In this document: positions 48,835-62,170 of the stretch, one piece after another
Position numbering within the stretch: the stretch's first letter is position 1
Layout of the letters: each line of letters begins with the position of its first letter
Source: Leucoraja erinacea
Taxonomy: Eukaryota
Length of the DNA stretch: 64,000 bases
Reading direction: 5' to 3'
NCBI RefSeq assembly: GCF_028641065.1
Contig: NC_073388.1
Coordinates: forward strand, 25,606,001 to 25,670,000
Program-made: the position numbers and the translations under genes
Notes under the pieces: generated by a model
What the model was told of the DNA's origin: nothing
Seen by the model: only the letters and a program-made list of their open reading frames with translations
Databases searched by the model: none

Positions 48835-51310
48835 GTAAGTGGAAATTAACATGCGTCTTGTGTATTTATCATTGTTGTGAATTGAAATATTCAATTTACT
48901 CTTAGCTTTATACTGAGCAAGTATCTGTTCATTATCAGTGTATAAGCAATTTACAACACTTAGACTGGCAAGAATCTTCTTGAGGAATTAAATTGTGAGT
49001 GAATGCAGAATACCATTTAATACAAAATTAAAATCGTATAATTGTATCAATTTTTGTCCTTTACAACTGTTTTAGGAATGTCAATTATTCATAATTCAGG
49101 TTTTGAAGACTTGCCCTTTTGCCAACAGTATTGTAGAAAAATATAAAAGCATTTAGTCCATATGCTACACTTAGAAATGTGGGAAAGATTATTACTCTCC
49201 ATCTAAGTTATATCTACATCATATGTCAAATTTCTCCAAACATCTTTGGTTTTCTATTGTATTTGTTGGCGCTATAAATCACTAATCTTTTGTGGCTGTT
49301 CATTCCATATATTCACCACCTTCTCCTTATAGTTATTCAATCTAAATTATCTTTTGTCTGTCCACTTCGAAGTTCAAAATTTATAGATGCCCTTGAATCT
49401 GTACCTCACAAAAAATATACATATCATCTCATGCCTGCCACTACATGGAAAATCTAGTAGACAATATTTCCAAATGGTAACGTTATGTTGGTGTGAAGCT
49501 GCAGACCTATGGTCTAGCATGTAAAAGCGCAATGTATTACATAATCGAATTTCTAGCCCGTGAATTTTCATTTTGTTAGTTGCCTTTAGAATGTTGAATC
49601 GTTCTTGAGGCAAATGATTTGCATTGTACACATTCTCACCTACTGCATCCTATCCTCATTTCTAACTCTTCTCCTTCCCCCTCCCTTCTTCACCATTTCA
49701 CTCTGATTTAATTGTTTAATTTGTTGAACAGAAATGTACTCTACGTTTGTTGCGTGTTGATTCTGAACCCAACTTGGAATCACGACCTTGCAATTATGCT
49801 GTATTTTTTGACAATAGAGCCCAAAATTCTTATCGTCGATTTTTCACCTTTTCCTCTCCTCCATTGTGTTGATAGAAACATTGGTTTATCCCTCAGTACA
49901 TTCAAATATTTATCTTATCTGGTGTCTTGTGAATAATAGAATTTAACTTAACATTGTTATTGTTCTTAATTTTTTTTCCAACATGAGGACTTTGTATTTT
50001 TTCACATTAAATTACATCTGCCATTCATAGTTTAGCTTCCTAATCTGTCCAAAACATTATCTATTTGTAGCTTGTTTAAAAAGTCTGGAATAGTTTTGTT
50101 TATGTCTCCATTACGAAAGCACTAAGGAAGAATGTAAATAATAATCACCTCAGCACTTATCTTTAGGTCTTGCTAGTTGCCTGCCACCAATATGACATTG
50201 CTTATTTTACAGTTAGTTCCAGTCAATTGTTAATATCTATGATTTCCAATTATTTGCCATGTACCTTTATTGCCAATCAGTATCCTATTCTTAAAATTTG
50301 ATATTCCCTTTTAAGAACATGTAAGGAATGTTTTGAAGATTGAGCATAAGTCATAGTAAACTGTATTGTGCTTTATGATGAATATTGCATATTGAAAATA
50401 AGGTTTGTTTTTGGCTTACTATCCCATCTCTTATATTTCCGTGCATTTGTGGGTATTTCTTTCGTCTACTCCATCTTTTTCTTCTTCTCTTGACAAGTTT
50501 TACAACTAGTTTCAAAATCTAAATGTGCATGTTCATGTCATTGAGCCTAAGTTGCTTCTGTGATGTATTACAAAACTTCAGGGCTTATCTGCTATTTGTA
50601 TTTCATGTACACATATAATGATTCATGCTGAATTTCATAAAGTCTTTGTATCTAATAATCCTGTTACTTTTTTGAAATGTAATCTAATCAATTTAATTTA
50701 ACATTTATAATAACACATGTATTGATAAGACATCAAATTTAGGGTATATGCAGAGAGGGAAGGCAAAAAATAAATCCTGATATTGGCGCAGTACAGTGCT
50801 CTTTTGAAGTTGAGTACCAGACATATTCTTCTAGTAGAACAGAATCTCCACTTACAGATGGGGGCAATGTGCAAAATCAGATACTGATTGAAATAACAAT
50901 TGTTCCATTGAATGAAGATATTGCCTGGCATCACAAATGTCACTAACCGGTGAATAAGAGAAGTTAATTTTATTTTGATGTCAATGATATAAGCTTGGTA
51001 TAGGAGAAAACGTGGAATTGCATTTTAGTTTGTCTGATGTATTTGACATGAGCTCGTTGAGCATTTATATTTCGTAAGTAGCCCAAGATATGGTCACACT
51101 ATTTTGGTCATTAATGGTTCAAATGATCAACGTCAGTTTAAAAACGTCAGTTTAAAAATAATTGACTTGCTTGGATAAGTTTTACGTAGATAAAAAATGT
51201 TTTAGTGTAATGAGTTAAATTTCATTTGAAAAAGCGCTACTGCTATTCAAAAAAAATCCATGAATACAAACTTGCACAGTCCTTTTTAGGAGAACGTCCT
51301 TTCCACTAAC

Positions 51311-51356
51311 ACCCCCCCCCCCCCCCCCCCCCCCACCCCCCCCCCCCCCCCCCCCC
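51311..51356. repeat. Poly-C tract
   Basis: About 45 C interrupted by a single internal A. Confidence 0.9.
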
Positions 51357-52227
51357 AAAAATAAGCTCTTCTATGGGATTTTACTGCATGATTTTTTTTC
51401 ATTTGTTGTAATCTATAACTTTTTGTGGAATTAGTTGTTTCTCTTTTTGATTTATGTTCTTGAGGGAATGGAATTAGACTTAACAGAGCTTAAAACACAT
51501 TTTTTAAAAATTTGTTTTAGGAAATATTAGTTAGGAATTTGTACTTAACATACGGTAGATATTTATCTTTTTAAAGACATTTTGTAATGTGAAATAAAAA
51601 TGCAACATAACATGACTAATGAGATTTAAGGGAGAAAGACATTTTTTTAGAATAATACAAAGGCAACTGAGTTATTTAAAGATGGAGAAAATTTGAAAGC
51701 AAAAAAATAAATTAAAAGGGCCACAAGGGAAACCTTAACAAATATAAAGTTTTAACCTGTTGTGAATAGTATATGAAACTTGAAGCATAAATGTTGATGT
51801 CAAAGGATAAATTGAGTACATTTTATTTACAATTATGTTGCAGATTCGATGACATGATCTCAACAGTTTTTCACCAAAAAGACATGCAAAAGTTAGTGAA
51901 AAACTTGCATTCTACAAATACTTTAGTCGATTTTTGTACATTTTGGAATCCATAAGAAATTGCGACAAAGCTATTGATGCTTTTAGATTATAGGTTTTCT
52001 GATTATTGGAAAATTAATTGACACGAATAAGAAATATAGTTCTAATCAAAAAATAGCAATGGAATTAATTTGTATAGTTTTTCCTTAGGAAAAAAACACG
52101 TCATTTTATAAATAAGTACTTGAAGGGCAATTATTTGAGGAAGCAGTTGCTTTTTCGTACTCTTTGGCAATAGCATACACATGCATTGAGTTTGTAACTA
52201 AACTAATAGATAAGGTCATCTAGTAGA

Positions 52228-52425
52228 AGGTAGACAAAAATGCTAGAGAAACTCAGCAGGTGAGGCAGCATCTATGGAGCAAAGGAATAGGTGACGTTTC
52301 GGGTCGGGTCTTGACCCGAAACGTCACCTATTCCTTCGCTCCATAGATGCTGCCTCAAAAGCCGAGTTTCTCCAGCATTTTTGTCTACCTTCGATTTTTC
52401 CAGCATCTGCAGTTCTTTCTTAAAT
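52228..52425. mobile_element. Palindromic Penelope-end insertion
   Basis: Inverted arms meet at tttcgggtc/gacccgaaa; TSD aggt(c/a)atctagtaga (52213-52227 and 52426-52440). Confidence 0.88.
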
Positions 52426-53155
52426 AGGTAATCTAGTAGATGTCATAATAAAAACCCTTTGAAAATTCAAGTTCTCCTTTAAGGTTAAGAATGAAGCATT
52501 AGGTGTACAGCACACTTTTTGATTGGTTGTCTAGTTTTAAAGACTATCCAAAAAAAACAATAGATTATATTACAGTAAGCGGTGAACGAGTGACACTTGC
52601 AACGTGTAACCTTCATAGTTAAAAAGGGGCTGCAACCTATTTCATGGATCTGGTTCTTGTGCACAGAAAAAGCAGAATCTGATTTTGTTTGTTATGTTAT
52701 GTTAAAGTTTTAATCCAATACCAATTTAAATGTCAGATAAATGGAAACAAAGCTGCTACTAAGAGAAAAGAAATGTGGAGAAAGTTATATTTTAGATGTT
52801 TTTTTTACATCGCCAGAGAAAATTCATCTGACTCCACAGTTGTACCAGTACATTTTCAATACTAGGGAAAACTATCAGTGAAGAGAGACACAAAATGTTG
52901 GAATATCTCAGTTAGAATAGCCAAATTAGGCAGCATCTCTGGAGAAAAGGAATAGGTGACGTTCTTCAGACTGTTTCGGACTATTAATGATCTCTGTTAC
53001 ATGTGAAAGGACATGGCCTAACACTTTTCTGGCTTGTTTAGTAAGTATTTACTATGTAAATGGGCATTTGTATGCTTTTTCTCTTATAAAATGCACCTAT
53101 GTAACAGAGTAACAAACTCACTCTGACAGCCACTGCAGTTACTGGATGTTATTGT

Positions 53156-53365
53156 AGACACAAAATGCTGGAGTGACTCAGCGGGACAGGCAGCATCTCT
53201 GGAGAGAAGGAATGGGTGACACTTCTTGAGACTGATATCAGGGGAGTGGGCGGTAGAGCGATAAAATGTAGTAGGATACAGGAAGACTGGTAGGAGAACT
53301 GGGAAGGGGGAGGAGATGGAGAGAGAGGGAAAGCAAAGGCTACTTGAAGTTACAATTTAAGGGCC
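53156..53365 (-). mobile_element. Penelope 3' end insertion
   Basis: gacacaaaatgctggagtgactcagcgggacaggcagcatc; perfect 15-bp TSD actggatgttattgt (53141-53155 and 53366-53380). Confidence 0.85.
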
Positions 53366-54459
53366 ACTGGATGTTATTGTCTGGTTTACTCCATACTTAG
53401 TGTTGGTTATTCGTAACACAACACTAAGACTAGAAGTTAGTAGTAGTAAATTTTCTTGGGGCATGGATTAATGTAATGAAAGCAAATGCAAAGAAGGTTT
53501 GACATTTGGATGTGGTAGATTAACTTTAATATGGATAATGCAACGTATTGGGACAGATAACAAAAAAACTATGTGGAAAATTTGTATTTTTGCATGCAGA
53601 GACTAAAATGGAATGGACTTTGAATTACTGCTAATTTCATTTGAAATAAATTGGTCAAGAAGGCGATGAGATACATTGGGTCCCATTTAGCATCTGGAGG
53701 GAATTATAATGTTGTCAGATTAAGAGTCTTAGAACAGGCCTTAACATTAAACCTCAACCATTCTAACTCAAAATAGATGCCAATTCATTTGAATAGTCCA
53801 CACAAGCAGCCACTTATTTTGGGTCTTTGAACAAAGTTGTGAAATAAGGTTGGAATGATGAAATTGAGGACCAGATTCTAATTCGTAGTGTCACGTGGCA
53901 TTTTATGTTCAGTGAGGGTGGATGTAGGATTAATATTCCATTTTGCAATTGATCAGTGATTGGTGTGAGAGGAAACTCCCATGAATTCATAATTGCACCT
54001 TTATTCTCATTGGATTTGATGCAGACAATGGCCTTTTTCTAATCAATAAAGTAATCTTACATTATTAGACAGTTACAATTAGGTATTAGTAAAATTAATT
54101 ACTTTTTATTACTCTATAGATATTTAATATTCTTCCTTTAGGTCTCTATACTCCATTTCCTCATCAAGAAAACATGCAGGTGACTTTCTCCCAGGCTTCT
54201 GCCAATGCTGTTCTTGATCTGGCTACTGGGAGGTGAGTGACAGCAGCCTGGGGTGACATCCTGTGATTGTTACTTTCTGAGGAAGCTACAAGTTTCCTGT
54301 AGACTTCTTGCAGTCTTATGCCAGAATTCTGCTGCTGGACCCCAATGGGTCTTCTTAAATCTGAGTTACTTGGGTGAGAGTAGCTGATCTCCAGTCATTC
54401 CATTCAGAGCCATTGGCCATAGCTAGTGCAATTCAGTTTTTTTATGTCTTCCTTTGCCA

Positions 54460-55560
54460 CAGATGTGGTACCAGAAGACTGGATGGTGGGTAATGTTGTG
54501 CCTTTATTTAAGAAGGGTTGCAAGAAAAAGTTGGAGAGCTAAAGGCCAGTGAGCCTAACGTCAGGGATAGGAAAGATTTTGGATGTGATTCTGAGATAGA
54601 GGATATCACTACATTTGGAAAGGGAAGGACCAAATAACGATAGTCGGCATGGTTTTGTGCCTGGGAAATTGTGTTTCACAAATGTAATAGTTTTTGAAGA
54701 TGTGATCCAAGAGGATTTCTGAGGACAAGGTGGTTGATGTTGTCCACATGGATTTCAGCAAGATGTCTCGTAAGGTACCATGTGGTAAGGCTATTCCGGA
54801 AGGAGAGATCACATAGGATGCAAAATTGGCTTGGTGGAAGAGTAACAGTGGAGGGTTGTTTTTCAGGTTGGAGAGCTGTGACCAGGAGTGTGGTGTAGTA
54901 ATTGATGCTGTAATTTGTCCTAATACTAATGATTTGGATGAGAATAGAGACACCAGACTGCATGTGCTAGAAGGTGCTAGAAAGGGAAAAAAACAAACTG
55001 CTGGAGGAACACAGTGGGTCAGGCAGCATCTTTGGAGGGGATGGGCAGATTACGTTTCTTTAGAAAGGTCCTGCACTGAAATCTTAGGTGTCCCATCCAT
55101 ATCACCTCCCTCCGGCTTTACATTTTACTCCTTTTTCTTGCACAGTTTTGTCACCTTTTCAACTCTAGCCTTTGCCTTTATCTTCACCCGCTTGCCAATC
55201 AATCTCGGTCCCCTCTCCCCAATGAAAAATTACCATAGAATATGGTGGATGGTCACAGCCTATTTTTCTGAGAAGGGGAAACTATAATTAGAGGGCATAA
55301 GTATGAGAGGGAAAGGTTAAAGGGTCCTAAGGGACTGCATGGCAGTATTTTGCTGTTGGTTGGTATATTGAACAAACTGCCAGAGGAAGTGGTGGAGGTG
55401 GGTACAATTTCAATGCTTAATAGATGAGTTGATGGAATCATAGATGTGAAAAGCTGAGAGTGATATGGGTCACTTGCAGCCAAATGAGACTCGCTCAGGA
55501 AGGGGCACCTTTGTCGCCATGGATGAGTGGCCAAAAGGCCTATTTCTATACTGTACAACT
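54460..55560 (+). mobile_element. Degenerate CR1-group LINE with nested Penelope pieces (~54960-55220)
   Basis: VPEDWMVGNVVPLFKKG, HGFVPGK, DVVHMDFSK; CR1-like 3' end at 55250-55560. Confidence 0.7.
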
Positions 55561-56184
55561 CAGACTCTCCAAGCGGAATCACAATTATTCATTGCCATCG
55601 GTTCAAACAATTGTAGTTTAAAAAAATTAGTGTCATTAACATTCCATACCTTTTATCCACCATTTTTTGTTTATACAGTTAATGATTTGTTGAGCCCAAT
55701 ATTGGTAGAGGATTGAACAGTCTGATGCTGAAATTAACTAAAGTACTTCAGGCTGTATTAAATATTCAGTTTCTTCCCTAGTAAGGGTCAGAAAATCAAC
55801 TTGTTTTTCATTTATGACATTCAGTCATCATTGCTTGTAGGTTCTGGAGCATTAATTTCATATGGTTTTGCATTTCCACACTTGTAGCCCAAAACACCAA
55901 GGGATCAAAGAATATTAAATGCTTCAAAGTATTGTTAGCAAACCATACTTTTGTTCAATCAAAACAAGGTTGAATTTGGGAGAATTAAATATGGTCAAGC
56001 AAATATTATTTAGTTGCAATCATTTACAGTTGTTGGGAGCTGTGGAAAGACAGGAATATGTATGAGAGGCTCTTATCTATCAAATATTTACATGGCCAAT
56101 CAATTTATTGAGTCAAATAGGTGCTAGACCAAATAAAATGTATTACGCTTGAGGCTTATATTCTTCTATCACTGTTTTGTGCAG

Positions 56185-56343
56185 TGGATGACGTTGGAGA
56201 GAAGATGGATCGTATGGAAAATGCACCAATAAAAATAAGCACTGATATTGAACAAGATGATTCTTCTAAAGAAGACGGATTTGGGGCTGAGGTCATAAAA
56301 GTGTATATTTTTAAAGCGGAACCTGAAGATGATGTGGAAATAG
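56185..56343 (+). CDS. ZNF711: ZNF711 coding exon 3
   Basis: [18 protein letters not shown]...[25 protein letters not shown]; gtgcag acceptor, G|GTAAAA donor; 159 nt, phase 1-1. Confidence 0.95.
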
Positions 56344-56886
56344 GTAAAAATTATAGCAAAGTTAATAATATTTTTTGAAAAAAACATTTTGGTTTATTCC
56401 CTTTATCAATCCTGAAAACCAGATGGTGAGTATACAATGTGAAAATCTAAACGTGTTTTGCAATAATTATATATCCCATTACATTGTCTTGGTTAAGAAG
56501 AAATGTAAGCCATAACTAGACATGTTTTAATTTCACATTGCTATTAAAGGAAGAATAGTAAACTGATATATGGACCTAAGTTTCTTTACCTGAATGGAAC
56601 TTTGACATTCAAAAATAATGATTCTTACACAATTTTTAATTGTTAGTTCTATTCAATTAGGTAATATGGAAACACATTTCATTTTTATCATTATGAACTT
56701 TAATTTCCATGATTGATATCCATCATTTATCGACAATTGCATTGGTTGGAAAAGCCACTGGTACTGGCTAAATGTGTTTTTATTTAACCTACTATCTGTT
56801 TAAGGCAGGAAGGCACAGAATGGGAAATGATAATATAATTCTACTTTTTAAATACTTTTTGAACTAGGTTTACACAATTTTTTGTT

Positions 56887-57010
56887 TAAGAAGGAACTGC
56901 AGATGCTGGAAAATCGAAGGAAGAAGGGTTTCGGCCCGAAACGTTGCCTATTTCCTTCGCTCCATAGATGCTGCTGCACCCGCTGAGTTTCTCCAGCACT
57001 TTTGTCCACC
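56887..57010. mobile_element. Short Penelope-end insertion with inversion
   Basis: TSD ttaca(c/g)aattttttgtt (56870-56886 and 57011-57027). Confidence 0.85.
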
Positions 57011-58559
57011 TTACAGAATTTTTTGTTGGTTATATTGTGATAGAGCAACTAAATTTGTCAAAGACTAACTAGTTACTTTGAATTCAAATTAATGACTTTA
57101 GCTTTCTTGTTTTCTCCTTATTGAGCAAAAATCTAGAACTTTATTAGAAGTTTCAAGCCAGAATCATCCGTGTTTTTGAACTAGTGCCCAAATACTTTTT
57201 TAACGTTGTCATTGTTTTCTCATCAATTGCCCTTAGATTGCCTACCAAAGTTTATTCCTTAGATCTGGCAGCAGTCCTGTGCAATCTCAACTGTAGACTC
57301 TTATCCTCTGACATATCTGGAGACCACCTGTACTCCAGAGTCTCCCGTGTACAACATTTCCCTCCAGGCTCTCTTCTAAATTAAACTGTATTAAGATAAC
57401 TGCTTTGATTTTATTTTCATGAATGATAGTATTTTCATACACATGGTTAGCTTGCTCTTTTAATGCTGCTTGGACAGCTTGCAGTTCTTAGTTATCTGAA
57501 AGGAGAAAAGCGCAATGATGAGTAATAACAAGGGCAATGAAGAAAAGTTATAGGTGTCAACTATCTGCAGTTTGTTAAGGGATTATGGGATGAGAGGGAA
57601 AGGGTACAACAAAGAAGGATTAGAATGAGATACCATTTTACTGCATAATTTCAACCCTTGACTCACTGGGGCCTCACTGATTTTCACCTTGTCTATTTTG
57701 GTACGATACAAATGCAGATGTTCACAATTGCTTAGCTTCTGCTGCTTCCAATTAGGCACTGTTCTGTTTGAGGAAAGAGGGCAAATGTTAGTGAATGTCT
57801 TGAAATGTGTTTGCATGAATGTGTTTGTCATTCACTCTCTGGGAATGTATGCAAGCTGCATAAAGTGGGTTTGAGTGTTATAGCAGTATGAGTATGGGGA
57901 TTCAGAAAGGGTGAGGTAACACTAAATATTTGAGTCCAAATTGAGAGAGATTGGTGGTAAGCGGGTGACACGCGTGTGCTGGTGGTGCATGCAGTGGGTT
58001 ATAATATTTGCATACACTTTCATTGACCGTGATCACAAAAGTGTCTGAACTTCTGGCACATCATCTGTACTTTTTTGTGGCTCGAGTCCTGGTATTGAAC
58101 ACCACAACCTGTGCTTGCAGAGAAACTCAGTTAATATTCCCTGTTATATGTATTTTTGTTTTGAGTGGCATTCATAATGTCCTGATAAAATACTGTAGCT
58201 TAATTTGGCTAGCTTAACTTTCTTGGAAATATTTGGTACTGCATCCACTCTTTATATTGTCCTTGATCCAATGACTTGATTGCAATGGTAGTCTGTGGTA
58301 GATATGCTAGTTCAAAAGATTACAGATTGTGAAGGTATACACTTCCATTGCTGCTAATAGTCCACCTTGCCTCATCTCATGGATGTCTAGTTTTAAACTG
58401 TCAGCTTCTGTAATGAATGCCTATGGAATTTAAATCAGTGTTATTTTCAATTTTGGGCCAGTGTACTGATTATAATGACCCTTTTTTTTTTCATTTATTG
58501 TTGCCCACAAGATAATTTGTTCAAAGAATTATGGTACTTGTAAAATGTAGCACATCTTT

Positions 58560-58782
58560 TTGACACAATGGCTGGTAGGTAGTTATATGGAACGAGCTGC
58601 TGGGGGAGGTAGTTGTGTTTAAAAAAATAAATAAATAAATAAAACATTTAGCCAAGTATATGGACAGGATAGGTTTAGAGGGATATGGGCCAAACACACA
58701 CAGGTTGGAGTAGTGTAGATGGGGCATGTTGGTTAGTGTGGGCAAGTTGGGCCGAAGGGCTTGTTTCCATGCTGTATGACTC
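58560..58782 (+). mobile_element. CR1-group LINE 3' end
   Basis: Homologous to 42590-42810 (ggaacgagctgc...agagggatatgggccaa...gggcatgttgg). Confidence 0.75.
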
Positions 58783-59005
58783 CCAACACTTTGTCTACTA
58801 AATTTGAATCCATTCACTACAGAGCAGGTTTGTATGCTTAGAACATTGGAAACTAAAGTGTACACGTGCAACTGCAAAATATCTTCAAGTGTTTATGACC
58901 CATTGGATGGCAACTTTTTTTGTATTTTCACTGTATTTAGTTGTAATATAATTAAGGTTGATTTTAAATTTTCTTTTAATGTCTGATTTGTTTTCTTGCT
59001 TCAAG

Positions 59006-59149
59006 GAGAAACTGAAGTAGTTGCAGAAAATGAATATCAGAATGGTCATGCCATAACCAGTATGCTCGATCAAGGGAATGTTGGCCGAATGTCTCGGGAA
59101 AAGATGGTTTATATGGCAGTTAAAGACCCATCTCAGGAAGATGACATTA
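59006..59149 (+). CDS. ZNF711: ZNF711 coding exon 4
   Basis: [14 protein letters not shown]...[20 protein letters not shown]; ttcaag acceptor, A|GTAAGA donor; 144 nt, phase 1-1. Confidence 0.93.
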
Positions 59150-59786
59150 GTAAGAAATTATATGTACAGTTTCTTTATTCAGTGTTTGTTGAAAGGAGGG
59201 CTGTGATTTATTGTATTCAATATAGTCAGGTTAGTTATTAGTGCAATTGTTTAGAGGTTTGGATTAGTATTTCAGAATGTTAATTTGCTTTTATGTAACA
59301 GTATAGAATAAGATAAACCATAAACATGAAATTCAACGCATAATCTAACAAAGCTAAAAATCCATGTTCAGTAATTCAGCTGATAGAAGAAATGGGTTTC
59401 CATCAGAAATTGTACTGGTATTTTAATATTAATGTAGCAGATATTGATATAGTCAGCATCGAGTTAAGTAGCAATATAGAAGATTGTGTTTGTGAAAGCC
59501 TTCTAAATTCACCCATTTTAAATATAATTAATTTAGGACGCCATTAGCTACATAATTGACGCTTCATTTCTGCTTTTGACATGTTTGTGCTAGCCAAGAT
59601 ATTAAGTTTCCAGAACATTGAATTTGTGAAAGAAGCCCAAACCAATCTGGTTAGTCAAAGATATAATGGACCTTTGCAGAGATATAATTATCAGCATTTA
59701 TTGGAGGAAGATTTTAGCAATTACAAAATCTAATTGATTATATGTGAAATTTTCTTGCATATACGAAAAGGGCACGTGTAACTTCA

Positions 59787-59915
59787 ACAGTCTGAAGAAG
59801 GGTCTCGACCCGAAATGTCACCTGTCAATGTTCTCCAGGAATGATGCATGACTTGCAGAGTGACTCCAGCATTTTGTCTTTTTTTGTAAAGCAGCATTTG
59901 CAGTTCCTGGTTTCT
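59787..59915 (+). mobile_element. Penelope terminal fragment with intact hammerhead-like core
   Basis: acagtCTGAAGAagggtctcgacccGAAAtGTCacctgt...ctccagcattttg...gcagcatttgcagttcct. Confidence 0.8.
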
Positions 59916-60227
59916 GCGCATATAACAATCATTTCCTTAAATTATGAATTTTAATTTCCTGTTAAGTAAGACCACTTGCTTGTTACCATAGTGTCAAATA
60001 TTCAGATGCAAAGCTCTCCCTACACATTGTGACTATATAGAATTTATCAAAAACATTATTTAACTGTACCAACATGCCATCTATTAACAAATTAAGCTAT
60101 GATTTTTGCTAATTATAGTGAATTTTGAGGGAGTGGAATGTAATAATTTGATTTAAATGTAAATTTAATTCTTCAATTAACTATTTAAAAAAAAAAAACT
60201 GAAAAATCTAATTTATTTTTTATGCAG

Positions 60228-60365
60228 ATTGTGCTGATATTGCTGATGAAGTTTATATGGAAGTCATTGTTGGGGATGAGGAAGCAGCAACAGTGCATGA
60301 GACACAGATTGAGGATTCTGGCATCAATAAAGCCTTTGTACCTGTTGCATGGGCTGCTGCGTATG
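60228..60365 (+). CDS. ZNF711: ZNF711 coding exon 5 (AWAAAY exon; absent from the ORF track)
   Basis: CADIADEVYMEVIVGDEEAATVHETQIEDSGINKAFVPVAWAAAY; tatgcag acceptor, G|GTAGGG donor; 138 nt, phase 1-1. Confidence 0.93.
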
Positions 60366-60702
60366 GTAGGGGCTGTGATTTACGTTTAATGTTTAAGATT
60401 GAATATTTTTTACTGTGTATCTGTGCAGTTTAAGAAATCTAAAGAAAAGATAAGTGGACCGAAAGTATTTTGTAATTCATTAGAAAATCATGTAGTGCAA
60501 AGGAATACATGTATACAACCATCATGTAAGAAAGAAGATGAGTTGTATAGTGAAACATAGAAACATAGAAAATAGGTGCAGGAGGAGGCAATTCTATTCA
60601 TCTCTATTCATCAATACTCTCTTGGATCCTACCATTCATTGTGCTTGGCCTGCCTGTTTAGCTCTCAAAGCACATAACCTTGCACTTACCAAGATTAACT
60701 AT

Positions 60703-61078
60703 ATAGAAACATAGAAAATAGGTGCAGGAGGAGGCCATTCGGCCCTTCAAGCCAGCACCGCCATTCATTGTGATCATGGCTGATCGTCCCCTATCAATAA
60801 CCCGTGCCTGCCTGCCTTCTCCCCATATCCCTTGATTCCACTAGCCCCGAGAGCTCTATCTAACTCTCTCTTAAATCCATCCAGTGACTTGGCCTCCACT
60901 GCCCTCTGTGGCAGGGAATTCCACAAATTCACAACTCTCGGGGTGAAAAGGTTTTTTCTCACCTCAGTCTTAAATGGCCTCCCCTTTATTCTAAGACTGT
61001 GGCCCCTGGTTCTGGACTTGCCCAACATTGGGAACATTTTTCCTGCATCTAGCTTGTCCAGTCCTTTTATAATTTTCT
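60703..61078 (-). mobile_element. CR1 3' fragment (extra tail copy at 60553-60590)
   Basis: FPMLGKSRTRGHSLRIKGRPFKTE...; (tttctatg)n tail. Confidence 0.9.
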
Positions 61079-61399
61079 ATAAGATCCCCCCTCGCCCTCC
61101 AGTGAATACAATAACTTACTGTAACTGCTTAACTTTTTCAATGGCGAAAGTGATTGAACTTTTGTGAATGGAAGCAAAAAAGCATAAGTTTCAAAATAAC
61201 AATTTATGGCAGGAAAGATGTCTAAAGAGAATCTTTCTTTGACCAACCTATTTGAATTATTTTAAGAGGTGTAAAATGTCACTGATGTGGATTTCTAAAC
61301 TACTTTCAATATGTAAAGCTAATGAATGTCAGAGCATGTCAAAATAATGGTACAAATATTAGCTCTCTTGCGTAGAGCAGGGGAAATTGTGACTTTTTA

Positions 61400-61650
61400 A
61401 TGAGGCAGCGGGAACAATGGGTCACCAGAGTCACATGGCCCAAAAAAGTTATTTCACCCTTCCATGTCCATGCTGACCATCAAGTACCCCTCTACATGAA
61501 TCCTACAATGGTTCATTTTTATTCTCCCCACATTCCGATAAATTCCTCTCAGATTCTACCACTCACCTACACACTAGGGGCAATTCACAGTGGCCATTTA
61601 CCCTCTCAACCAAAATGTCTGTGGGAGGAGACCAAAGGAAACCCAAGCCC
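61400..61650 (-). mobile_element. V-SINE/LINE-tail remnant
   Basis: cctacacactaggggcaattcacagtggcca...tgtctgtgggagg. Confidence 0.55.
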
Positions 61651-61704
61651 TATTATTCCTGCAGCTGTCTGTGACCTCCTTACATATTTATTGTTCTAAG
61701 GAGA

Positions 61705-62000
61705 GATAGCTGTCTTGATCTCTGTCGCCATCACAGGGGACAGACTCAATTGTCCAGATGTCCACAGCAAACCTACTAACTCCCACAGTTATCTAGACTA
61801 GACTTCTACCCACCCTGCCTCTTGCAAACACTCGATCCCCTACTCTCAATTTCTTCATATCCTCCCAACATGAGGCGTTCCATTCTAGGACATCCGAGAT
61901 GTCCTCATTCTTTACTCAACGTGGTTTCCCCCTACTGTCATAAATAGATCCCTCACCCGCGTTTCCTCAGTCCTATAGTTCTGTTCTCGTTCCAGCTCCA
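61705..62000 (+). mobile_element. Penelope RT C-terminal fragment
   Basis: KPTNSHSYLD.TSTHPASCKHSIPYSQF; homologous to 30640-30840 on the minus strand. Confidence 0.8.
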
Positions 62001-62005
62001 CATTG

Positions 62006-62170
62006 TAAACATAGAAACGTAGAAAATAGGTGCAGGAGTGGGCCATTCGGCCCTTTTAGTATTCAATATGATCATGGCTGATCATCCAAAATCAGTACCC
62101 TGTTTCTGCTTTTTCCCCAATATCCCTTGATTCTGTTAGCCCTAAGAGTTAAATCTAACTCTAAATCTAA
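62006..62170 (-). mobile_element. CR1 3' tail fragment
   Basis: aaacatagaaacgtagaaaataggtgcaggag; similar to 16120-16270. Confidence 0.85.

Noticed and set aside
48270-48905. ORF-track protein as a stand-alone gene, or as ZFX
   Set aside because: It is an internal exon bounded by AG/GT. The [13 protein letters not shown] and MIMQDF motifs fit ZNF711 better than ZFX/ZFY.
51311-51356. Poly-C/G tracts (also 1652, 31931, 33286, 35091) as functional G-quadruplexes
   Set aside because: Pure homopolymers with unreliable length and no evidence of function.
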